In this document: positions 52,847 to 64,000 of the stretch, in pieces
Layout of the letters: each line of letters starts with the position of its first letter
Position numbering within the stretch: position 1 is the stretch's first letter
Source of the DNA: Octopus vulgaris
Lineage: Eukaryota
Reading direction: 5' to 3'
DNA: 64,000 bases
Assembly (NCBI GenBank): GCA_951406725.2
Contig: OX597818.1
Location: 992,001 to 1,056,000, forward strand
The notes under the pieces: model-generated
What the model was told of the DNA's origin: nothing
Database searches by the model: none
The model's input: only the letters and a program-made list of their open reading frames with translations
Translations under genes and position numbers: made by a program

Positions 52847-53145
52847 AGAACCACCCAGCGAACTTCCACCATGGGTCATCACAATTGCTTAAGGTAAAAA
52901 TGAATTCCTCGCTCTTTCGGAAACATCAATCTTCTGTATTGACCGCTTTCCACCACTTTGATCTGTTTTTTGTATTGAATACGTATCGCCACCGTGGGCC
53001 ACTGCATCGAACACTTTGAACATATACTTCAAACTATATATCAACTATACATGAACTATATATCAACTATACATGAACTCTAAGATGTCTGACTCCGTTG
53101 TGTATTATAAATGAATTTCTTGTGTTTGACGGCATGAGCTGTCTC

Positions 53146-53216
53146 TTTTTATATATAACTTTTTTTGATAAGGTTCATTTCAGGAACTGAAACATGTTAT
53201 AATGTATATATAAAAA
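53146..53216 (+). ncRNA. Hammerhead motif (U3:A8 variant) at the start of the PLE 3' pseudo-LTR
   Basis: TTGATAA 53165-53171, stem II ggttc-atttcag-gaact, GAAA 53189-53192, palindromic ACATGT and GTT. Distal stem I is tttttatatata/tatatataaaaa; proximal stem I is imperfect. Confidence 0.62.
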
Positions 53217-53260
53217 TTAAAAATTGTATAATACAGCAGCATTTTCGAACTTCATTTTTT

Positions 53261-53325
<65 letters not shown>

Positions 53326-54049
53326 CAGACACACACACACACGCACACACACACATACATTAAATACGCACATATACACACACATATATACATATATACA
53401 CCTACACATATTCATGCATATACATACATACATCCACACATACATATATGGAAGACAAAGTTGCATGGGGAACGTTAGTAATTATTTTAAATACCGTTAA
53501 GAAATTTGACGTCATAGGACGAGAGAAGAAGAGAAAGAAGAGAGAAAGAGAGAAATAGAATTAAAGGAGAAATGGAGGTAGAAACAAATAGAGAGTAAAT
53601 GATAGATGGACAGAAAAGATGAAAGAAATAATAGGAGGTATGGGAAGTAAGGATAAAGATTAAATTGCAGATACTATTAGATAAGGGGGTAGATATTATT
53701 TAAAATAGCTGAAAGTGTGTTTTTTCCCACTGTAAACACCTATAAATACGTTCTTTATAGGTGTTGACCAGTATATATTTGGAAAAGAGGATAGATAGTT
53801 GTTATAGATAGTATATATATATACTTCAATACATACATACATACATACATACATACATACATACATACATACATACATGCACGCATGCATACATACATGC
53901 ATACATGCATACATACATACATACATACATACATACATACATACATAAATACTTACATACATATGTGCGTGTGCGTGGGTGCGTGTGTGAGTGTGTGTGT
54001 GTGTTTATCTTGAAGTATACAGTAGTATATATACATTACGGCCGATGTT

Positions 54050-55000
54050 ACCAATCGGTTTCGCACTAGGGTCTCAATGGAGTGTTTGGTAACAGTCTGA
54101 TTATGTACACTTACACTCTTCAGAGAAAACCATTATGGAATGAAATATGGCGACTGCTCTCTTTTGTGGATAGACACACCCGGTTTGTAGCTGCTGTGAA
54201 AAAGACGATGAAACGACCCGAGTAAGGGTTATGTTAAGAGTTATGTCCCTTGAAACCAAAAAAAGAAAAAACATCTCTGCGGGTGGTTGATGCAAATCAA
54301 CAAGAGTTTCTGGAAAAGAGTTTATGGGAAATGTGTGTATCTCTAAGGTTGGTATTGTTGTAGAAATGGACTGTGTGTAGTGGTACTATATGTATAGTCT
54401 TTACGGAGTGTGGGGCATATACATCTGTGTTCGCTAGTGTGTTCTTTTCTTTTATGTTCGGTTAAATTCTTGGAGCATTTGTGAATGCATGCAGTGTATG
54501 TTGGGGTACAATATGCGTGTGGGTTTATATTGGGACGGTAGAAAAAGGTCTGTTGGGTGGATGTCCACCGTTTCAGGGCGTGTGCATTTGTATATATTCT
54601 GGCCAAGCGCTTTGCCGGATTCCCAGGTATTGGTGGAGGGAGGGCTGAAGCTGGAGGACTGGTGATTATAGTCACGATGGGGTACGGAGATATGATAGGA
54701 TGTACTTCTTTTCATGTGTGCAAGGACTAAAAACTTCACCTTTGTTGTTCTGGCAGATGCCTGGGTGCTCTTGTGTTTTTAATATCGCTCTTTTCCCAGC
54801 TAGGCATAATCTGCACTTCCTGCTGCTTTGAAGTATACTTTACATTTCTCTAGAATCTTCCACTTTATGCTGTACTCGGTGGTGCTTTCTTTCAACGATC
54901 ATACATGCTTGGTCAGGATTGTGATGTTACAGTGGGTTCTGAAGATGCCTTCAGTTGATCCCACGTACTTTCGCACCCATTTAGTTCTATTGCTGCTACT
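54050..55000 (-). mobile_element. Degenerate Penelope-like fragments including a GIY-YIG region
   Basis: Minus strand RKYVGSTEGIF, LTKHV.SLKE, EYSIKWKILEK and a DTHFP-like segment, with many disruptions. Confidence 0.6.
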
Positions 55001-56849
55001 ATCGTGACCTTTAGTCAAAGGGAATTTATGGTGTTGGTGAGGTCCAATATAAGTGGCTGGACACTGAAGTTAGTGATGAGTACACACGAATTATCATGCA
55101 CGCTAGAAGGGGGCCAAACGAACCATAATTCCTCATCTCTTAAATATAGAACTATTTTCTCTAAAACTCCTCTTCGCAATTTGCTTCAGATCACTCGAGC
55201 TCTAAGCCACCCAAGTTTAATATCTTCATATTTCTGATAATTAAAACCTTGTAATTAAAAAACAAAAAAACATTCCCATCGTTTCCCCTAAAAACTGCAG
55301 CCAATAATTTGGGCGGGTGTTTGGTTTTAGTTGTCAAAATCTCCAAGACTGAACTTTAACCCAGCAGTTAATGGCTCTGCAGTGATTTTATTAAATTGAA
55401 CATTATCTCCATAGTCTATTTGTTGTCATGGTATTTTATTGTGCCTTGTCTTCCGGCTTCTGTTTTGTTCTTATAAATGCAAAGCCAGGTGCCAATAGAA
55501 GAGTTCAGTTATTTTCCTTTCTTAGGGCGGCGTATTGGAAGAAAAGTACCTTGTGGTATTTAGAAACAAAGTGCCAGTAATATACTGGGGATCAATGCTA
55601 TCCACTCTGTTTCGTATGTACACATTTGACAAATGACAATGTTAGAAATAAAATATGCAATTTAACTTAAGCACGTACCAACTGCCAAAAACATTTAGCA
55701 ATGCTATGAAATATATTTAGATTTTGAAAGATGCACAAAAGTTAAAAAAAAAAAAAAAGGCTGCTCCCACTTAAAAAGTGTTATAATTTCAAACATTATA
55801 TGTATTACAGCCTTTAGTACTAACGGTTAAATTATGTCAAAATGCTCATTATAAAGTATAGAGCCTTCACGGAAATAATTATCACAAACAATTTTAACTT
55901 TGCTAATGTTAAATACAGGCCGGTTGCCGAGTAAACAGTCCTCTGTATTTAAGCTATCAGTTGTTATTTAATGGGACGGACAGTAGAACATTGACAGTTA
56001 ACTATCAGTTGACTGAGTGACTTTGGAATTGCTGGTAGCTATTAATGTCTTTATTTTGTATTGTTTAATGCCTCTACATCTGTGGTTTTCATTTTTCTTT
56101 GACTCTCTGTCTATCTGCTTGTTTGTAAAAAACGATCTGTATTACTTTGAGATCATAAAATTAAATATCCTTAATTTTGTTATCTGTGCTTGTTTTTCTT
56201 TTTGTAAAAATCTTTTGTGCATTTTAGTATATTCAGCTGCGAATTGTTCATGTTAATTTTCATCGTCGTACTGAACTTTAGCTATCATTGTCGGACAGTT
56301 GTCTTATACTACTTTGCTTATGCTGAAAATGCTCATTGAATAACCACACTTAGCTAGCTTACATGTATGTAAGCAGTCTGCGCAATTTTCGTTTTTCATA
56401 ACATTAAATTGTAATTTTGTTCAGAGTGGAACACGCCAGCAAATTAATATTAACACAAGAATAAATACAGGGCACATCAGTGGCGGTCATTGTAGGATTT
56501 AAATTTGAAAGTATGTTTTAGTGGTTGGATCAAGTAAAATAGCATAAGGATTGTTTCAATATTAACTACTTAACACCTCCGCATTATTACTGTTTGCATT
56601 CAATAAAGAGAAATATACAGAACGTTTTGTATTAGGGAAATATGTTGCCTTTAATATGTTTCCTGCTAAAATAAAGAAACACATTGACGAAGGGAGCAAA
56701 AAGCGATGGTCGGGTCACTGAGAAATCACAAACGTTATCTTATTTGATTTATAACTGTATCTAAAAATATTTTCCAACATCAAACAATCTGTTTTTTAAA
56801 ATCTTTTAGTCAGGGTAGAAGGCAGTGCCCATGATCCTATTCTTTAAAG

Positions 56850-57183
56850 CAGTGGTTTTCAAGGGTCCATATACGATTTAGGGGTGCGTAGTGGTCCTGG
56901 TAACAAAATAGTAAACTGGGGATCCACAATAGTATTTTAAGGGCCACAAAAACCTTTGCTTTAGATGTATGTATTGGTATGCATTGAAAGAAAAAGCTGG
57001 GTTTCTTTCTGTAACATTTTACATAGTTCGACATGCACGGGTGAAAGACAAAATAGGAATTTTGAAAGAAGTTTGTATAAAACTAGTTTTTAAACAACGA
57101 ACGGTTAGGTGGGGTCCACCAGAATAAAATAGTAAGCAAAGGAGTCCATAGGTAAAAAAAAAAAAGATGGTTGAGAATCCCTG
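56850..57183. mobile_element. hAT-type MITE
   Basis: TIRs cagtggttttcaa / ttgagaatccctg. Perfect 8-bp TSD CTTTAAAG at 56842-56849 and 57184-57191. Confidence 0.85.
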
Positions 57184-57879
57184 CTTTAAAGAAATCCAGG
57201 ACTGGGGAATAGGGGGTGAGTAGGTTTTTACATCAGGAACCTGGCATGGATGCTTGCAACAAAGTGGACTCCAATAAAGAGGCTCAGATGCCAGGAGGTA
57301 GAATTAGAATTGGTGATGGATTTATGTCTGTTATCCAAGTAAAAGCCGTGGTGGGATTTGAACTCAGAACGCAAAACTCTGGAACAAATACTGCAGGGCA
57401 GTTAACAGGACGTTGTAAGTTTTACCAATCCACTGCTCTGGATTGGTACTTTTTTATCGACCCTCAAAGGATAAAAAGGATAAAAGGTAAAGTTGAACTT
57501 GGCTGGATTAGAACTCTAAACACAAATACGCTCTAGCGACAAAATAGTTACTTTTATAGAGAGATACTAATTACTAGTACAATTTTAGAATTAAAGAAGT
57601 GGTGGCTGCGACGTTCATGGTTTTCTCTTGATTCAAGCCAAAGAAATAATGATATACATACATGCATGCATGCATGCATACATATATGCATACAGACAGA
57701 CATACATATACTTATGTATATACACACACATATACATACATATGATATGTGCATATACACACTCACATACACATATATATTAAATTATACATACATACAG
57801 ATATATGCATACATATATATAATATACAAACATATACATACATATAAAATATACATATATGCATATATAATATATGGTG

Positions 57880-58640
57880 GTTGTCTACTCCTTATGCAGA
57901 GTTTGACCACCTTCTGTACCTACACCTTAGCACCAGCTGTGGATATCGGCACGAGTCCGAAATTCGTTGCTGGATGGAGTGAGGGGGATGAAGCGCAGAC
58001 CCCTACTGAGGAGGGGAAGATCTGGAGGAATGGTAACAACAGACTGAAGTGGAGAAGGGGTGGATGGGATAGAAGTAAGAGGGGTGGTGGGGGTGGAAGG
58101 CTTGAAAGGAGGGTATGTGTAGGGACGGGGGGTTGGTGAGGGTGGGGAGAGTATGAGGGTGGGAGATGGGTTAGGGAGAGTTAGGATAGTGGCATCGGAT
58201 GTGATGGAATGGAGTGAGTAGAGTTTACGTTGTTTGGTGTGAGCGAGAACTTGATGAAAGAGATGATTTAAATGAATTATGTAACGTAAAGTAGTGTTAG
58301 TATGGGAGGGCGACTGAGAGAAGAAGATGGAAAAAGCAAGTGGGAGAAGGCGGTCGATGATGTGTATCTTGGAGACATTAGAACGAATGGTGGCGTGCAT
58401 AAGGCTGTAGGATATAGTACAGAGTATGGGTAGGATGGTCGAAGCAGAGTGGAGAGTGGGGTGAAAATGGAGGCGGAAACCTTTAGAGATGAGGCGGTGA
58501 TAAAAGCAGCTACTGAGAAAGGAAACGTGGCTAGAGAAGCGTGTTTTTTTAAAAACTAGTGGGGAAATGTTAATAGAAAGTTGAAAGCAGCGAAAAGGAA
58601 GTGTAGAAAGGTGTTTTTAGGCGGTAGTGAAGGTGGAGGA
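57880..58640 (-). mobile_element. Penelope-like element N-terminal fragment
   Basis: HVSFLSSCFYHRLISKGFRLHFHP and VVTIPPDLPLLSRGLRFIP..NEF, parallel to the LSKGLKFTP motif of the intact PLE. Confidence 0.7.
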
Positions 58641-59179
58641 GGAAAGGTTTGTAATCGAGCATGATTGAAAAACGAGAAGAAAAGAGAAAGAAAGGAGAAA
58701 AATTTTAAAAAGTGGGGAGATAGACAGGCAAATAAAGACGTGAGGAGGAAAAATTCAAAAGGTGTGGGGAGAAAAATGCAAAAGGCGCGAGGAGAAAAAA
58801 TGCAAAAGGCGCGAGGAGAAAAAAATACAAGAGGTGGGAGGAGAAGAAAAGATAAAAACAAGGAGAGAAAGAAGGAGAAAGCAGGAAGAAACAGAGAGAA
58901 AGGGGAAGAAAGGGAGAAGAGAAGACAAAAGGGAAAAAGAAAGGGAGGGAAAGGGAGGCAAGGTAAAAAGTGCGGATTGAGAGAATCGACAATAGCAGAA
59001 AGTACAAAAAAGTTTAAAAAAGTTAAAAAGGTTCAAACGCCATGGTGTATTGGAGCGATTTCTCATCAACGGAAGAGTCCAGCGATTGATTATGTTTGTG
59101 AAATATGTGAAATTGAGTTGCTCTGCAATCCACTTCATCTTATAATGATCCCAGAACCAAAACGGCTTGCACAAAGGCA

Positions 59180-59940
59180 GATCAACACTGCTGTAGATCT
59201 TTTAGAACAAAATACATCAATTGCACTTGTGGATTTCTCCAAAGCATTTGATAATTACAACAGAAGAGCCATGTTGCATATCTTGTGAACTATGATATCC
59301 CAGATGAAGTTGTCAGAGTCACCACCATCTTGTATGAAGTCCCATGAAGCTTTGTGCAAAGTACAGATGGTTCAACTTAAGAGTTTCTAACGATAGCAGG
59401 AATTTTCCAGAGACACCATTACTTCTTTCCTCCGTATGATTGTAGTGAATATTTTGCTACGACAAATAAGGCAAAGTTATGGTGTCACCCAAGACAGATC
59501 TCATCATCAAGCAGAAATAATCAAGTCGTTAGTACAATGTATTGTTATTACCATGACTATATTGATGATTAGAGCTCATCAACTGTGTGATGAGCCGGAC
59601 TTCTTAACATCTCTTGAGAATGCTGCAGCCAAAGTCGATCTGTTTCTCAAAGCAAAGAAGATTGAGTACAAATCCCTCAATAAGGATGAAGGCCACTTAT
59701 CAATTTGTCCCAACGATGGCGCACAACTCAAAGAGATCTGTGATTTCAAGTCCTTTGTGTTCTACATTGCTAACATCGATAAAGACATACTGATACACAA
59801 ATAATGATCTTGGTGCGTCTGCTACAATCTTCAAAACATCTGGCAATCAAACATTTCAAGGTCTACAAGGCTTGTCTTCTTTAGGGCATGTTTAGAGAAC
59901 ATGCGTCTCTATAGAGATTATAAAGAAACATGGACAGTAT
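59180..59940 (+). mobile_element. Degenerate RTE-like RT fragment
   Basis: LVDFSKAFD, STDGST.EF..IAGI.Q, LENAAAKV.LF..AKK.EY and LKEICDFK. Confidence 0.65.
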
Positions 59941-60637
59941 AGTAAGTTTTATTTCACCGATCTCAAAAGAAAAAAAGGCAAAGTCTGTCTCTAAGAATTT
60001 TAACGTACATCATAAAGGGACATAACTGAATAGCGTAGAGTTATCAAACCGAGTACAGATTGACCTCCCTGAGTGTACAAATACGTATTAAAGAATTCAC
60101 GTGTTATTGATGCTGGCATAACGTTCAGCAAGGCGAATGCAATATTTACTTTAATCGATAGATTTTGCTTTCATAAAAAATGTTGTTTTTATAATTCCAT
60201 CTCTGCAATAAAGTGGAATCATAGAGAGAATTATTTGTGGTCTCACTGGCAGTTCAAACGGAAGTGTCTGCGTGAAGGAGATAATCTAGCATTACTATTT
60301 TAAATGAAATCCACATGGATATAAAGAGACGCGAGTGCGTCTACCATAACAAAATTAGAACGCATAAGCAAGCCTACTTTTATCCTCACCCCCAACAGCG
60401 TCTGAAGAAAGGCAAATATACCTCGTTGATATCTTATTTAAAAACAAAACAATTACCCGTGCCTCATTAAGAGACTAATATGTTTATTTTCTTTTTTCAT
60501 TAGATTTTGATATTTCTAGCAAAAGTTTTGCTTATTGAGTTAGAAATTAATTGTAAACGATTCTGTTACAATGATAAACTACACAAAATTAGTCTGATTA
60601 TTCACAGAGAGTAGGTACACTATGTACTGTGATATCT

Positions 60638-60787
<150 letters not shown>

Positions 60788-63700
60788 CATATATATATGT
60801 ATACACACACACATACATACGTGCGTGCATACATACATACATACATACATACATACATAAGAATATAAAGTTGATTTTAAATACTCTAAAGTTGTTTTTA
60901 ACAGCCGTCTTTGCAGTGAGATCGTCCTCTGAGATCGGTGAAATAAATCTTTCTTTTTAGCAGCCTTAACAGTGTCAACAGGAGTTATTCATGACGTTGT
61001 TGTTACCAATTAGCGGTACAGATTTTCTTTTAGACATTAATTAAAAACAAAATATTTTTCATACCTCCTACGCGTTCCTTGTAGTTTGTTTAGATCAGTA
61101 AAATTTCTAAATTTATCATTAACATTTCTAGATTATTACAATTTCGTCTCCAGGATTGAGCGATTTTAGTGTGTGTTGCTGTTGCTGCATGTAATTGGCG
61201 TAAATATTATGTTTCTTTTAGCAAATCGCTGTATTATGTATATTGCTTCCATCAGTAATCGTTTGTTATTGTGGGGAATTTTACAGAATGTAAATATGTC
61301 ATCCACAAATGTTTTTCTATCCACTTTTGTTTTGTACTATGCATCACAATTGCTCTTTGTTGTAAGGGTTAGCTGAGCCGGCGGGAGAGTGTCACACATA
61401 ATACAATGCAGCAAATACATTAGCCATTAAAAATATTCAAACTGCACATGAAAGCCACCATACGAATTTAGTGCTTCCATTTCCATCCACTGTATCATTA
61501 CTATTGTACTAGAAATATCAGAAGTGAAACTTTCTCCAACATTTTTACGATAGGACAGAAGTGGGAGTTATCTCAATTTTAGAGACACATCTGATTGGCT
61601 ACATTGCCATTAACTACATAACTAATATTGAACTGATCTCAAATAATTTATAGAAGACTAAGAGAAACTCGACATCAGCTGCATTGTTGAATAAGACAAC
61701 AATTAATATAATAAATGCTGAGCCTCTGTCTCCATCCTTCCTTTAAATCAGGACTGATTAATCTTTATTCCTATTACTACCTCGAGAAACTCCAGTTTGG
61801 TGTATACCGTAGTAAGTTTCGATGTGACGGGACATCTTCCATAAAACACCACAGTGTTCTACTTTATGCTGTTACCCACCAGTCTGTTAAATTTTTATAT
61901 TCAGAGTTTGATAACTAACACATACACAAGACAAAAACAAAACAAAAAAGAAACAACAAAAACAAAGAAACCTTTGTTTAACTCTGATATGCTGATTGCA
62001 ATAAGATCTACTTCTAGTGACCTTTCATATATTAATCGTTGACATCGCATATCAAAGTAATGATTTGAATCTAAATTTCTTGAACAGATTTCATGCAACT
62101 CATAACAAAGGCCCTATCAAATGTGAATTTGTGGGAGCACCAACGAAGTTTGGTTTAGTCTTTATGAAGAAAAGATGATCGTCGATATTTTCTTTCAGAA
62201 TCATAATTCATTGATTGATTTCGATGAAATCACCAAAATCCACTACCAAACTTTAATTTGGCATTTATCTTAAGGGTGCCCTATCCCCCTCACAGCAACT
62301 ATCAAATAAATTGATTTCATTTTCCCTCAGAAATATGATCTTACCAGGTTATACAAATGGAATTATTTACAACTTATTATCAGTTGTAATTGTCCCTGAT
62401 GAAGCTCAGGTGCAAGAAAGTCTGACACAAATTTTCTCGATAATCTGATTTGTTTATATTCTTGTGTTCATTTGATTACTAGATTAAAAGGCATTTTAAT
62501 CTAGTAAAATGCCTTTACTAGATTAAAACGATTTTTTTTTACTAATCAGTATATTTATATTAAATACATTTGAAAGTTGGTTTTAGTATACGATCTCACT
62601 GTTTTAGATCACCACTATAATATTTAACTTGGTTACAATGTAACCTATTTGGAGAGCATCAGGAGTTTTGATGGCTATTGTTTTATTTGGGGTATTATTT
62701 CTATATTTGTTTTATTTGAATTTTAGCAAAGTTGTATTCTTTATTAAATTTTCTTTTGTATTTATTCTAGTTCATTCATTCCTATGTCATATCAAATATG
62801 ATCTCTCTTTAACTTGCACAATATTATTGTTGTTTTGAGATGTTCCATCTTCATGTTGACCTTTAAACATATATGTAAATCGCTTTGTATGTCAATAAAG
62901 TTTTGTTACAATGTCATATTTGAAGTGAAATGTTCAGTTGTTTGTAATATTTGGCAACGATTCGAGTTTCATTATGTTTTGATGATTGACTGAATGTTAT
63001 AATCGGTGTCTCCTTAACACATTTGTTTCTGAAAGTGATTGATTTTATTTTAACAGTCCCCTATTTTGTTAAAATATCTCGTTTCAGACTTATTCAGAGT
63101 ACATGTTAATGATATAAACCATTTCTCATGTTTGATAAATATTTTAATCTTGAAGAAACGGAAAATGCATTTTGATAATTCGTCTTAAATTGATTTCTTC
63201 TTCAGATAAAGAAGTAAAAATGTAATTTCCTTCGATATTTCAGCTGAGGTAAAATAAAGAAAAATAAATCTTGAAAGATATTTGACAATAAACTGAGGGA
63301 GAAAGTTGTCATAATTAGTTAGAGCAATATATAGAGGCTATCCAAACGATAATATGCTTTAATCCTTAATTCATTTTACTTGATAATATTATTCATCCTC
63401 AGAATAGTCATACGGAGGCTGTATATGATGGTTTTTGACACTAGTACAATCCCACGACTTAAAAAAATATTATTGATTATATATAGTTTTTGTGATGTAA
63501 GGAAATGGAAAGTTTTTAGCCATAAATATGCTCAGTCAGGTTTGACGTAGGTCTAAATCAGCAACGGCAACATTGTTCCAATCTGTTTGTTTTATTCTTT
63601 GATATGTAGAGAATATTTGTTTTGGTCACCATAATGGTACGCCTATTAAAACACGAAGCGACGTATATTGTCAGGGACGAGTGCATTCTATGAAAAAATT

Positions 63701-64000
63701 TGAGCCAAAAGTTTTCAACTCCATCTATACATGAACGCTATTTACCAGTTTGATGTTTTTATTTAATTTACTCAATATGGTTTTCTTTCTTTAAATATAG
63801 GTATTCTTGCTGTGTTGTGTTTTGAAATTCTACCCACAACTGTTGAATCCAGATTGTAGCACTTGTAGGTGTCCACATTCATTTCTCATATTTGGAATCT
63901 CAACGCTTTGATATTTCTTTTTACAATCCATTTATTTATTTATATTATTTATTTATTTATTTATATAACACAATTTGTGTATACTAGCGTCCTGGTTTCA

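Larger units (their letters stand above)
48480..53270 (+). mobile_element. Intact-looking Penelope-like retroelement, Neptune-type, with pseudo-LTR direct repeats
   Basis: An ~80-bp direct repeat (acatgttataatg...ttttacaaatatata) at 48480-48559 and 53192-53271 flanks two ORFs. The 3' end runs into (TA)n. Confidence 0.92.

Noticed and set aside
54040-54100. Minus-strand gtgc GAAA ccgattgg TA acatc motif; similar partial motifs at 4030-4080, 11168-11215, 12985-13015, 60400-60425 and 61797-61852
   Set aside because: Only one half of the catalytic core is recognisable in each, so they are too degenerate to call.
58556-59288. 207-aa Lys/Arg/Glu-rich ORF and antisense Phe/Leu/Ser-rich ORFs
   Set aside because: A purine-rich low-complexity tract fused to a decayed RT fragment. 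No coherent domain.
62391-62427. tgtcc CTGATGA agc tcaggt gca aGAAA GTC tgaca hammerhead-like motif
   Set aside because: Stem III is absent and stem II has only 2 bp. Possibly a decayed relic, but not supportable.

Overview
AT-rich, microsatellite-dense metazoan DNA. It is very probably an octopus genome, inferred from a decayed C2H2 zinc-finger array of the cephalopod expansion type and CORE-type tRNA SINEs. No intact host protein-coding gene is evident. The window is a nested mosaic of LINEs (CR1-like, Tx1/L1-like, RTE, R4/Dong-like RLE), DNA transposons (mariner, DD37D, Tc1 with a 36-residue catalytic spacing, hAT, two Merlin-like MITEs, a Helitron), SINEs and many Penelope-like element (PLE) pieces. 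The main signal missed by the ORF track is a population of type-I hammerhead ribozyme (HHR) motifs from at least seven different repeat families. These include an apparently intact HHR with a compensatory U3:A8 core (12787-12843, minus strand) and a 616-bp non-coding tandem unit with one HHR per unit plus an inverted third copy (43712-45110, retrozyme/mini-PLE-like). There is also an intact-looking two-ORF Neptune-type PLE (48480-53270). It has a coiled-coil ORF1 overlapping the RT/GIY-YIG ORF in the -1 frame. Its 3' pseudo-LTR region carries five fixed-spacing ATTGG-N12-TGACGT modules, a TATA box, a splice donor and another U3:A8 HHR. All calls were made by eye; no database searches or folding computations were run.
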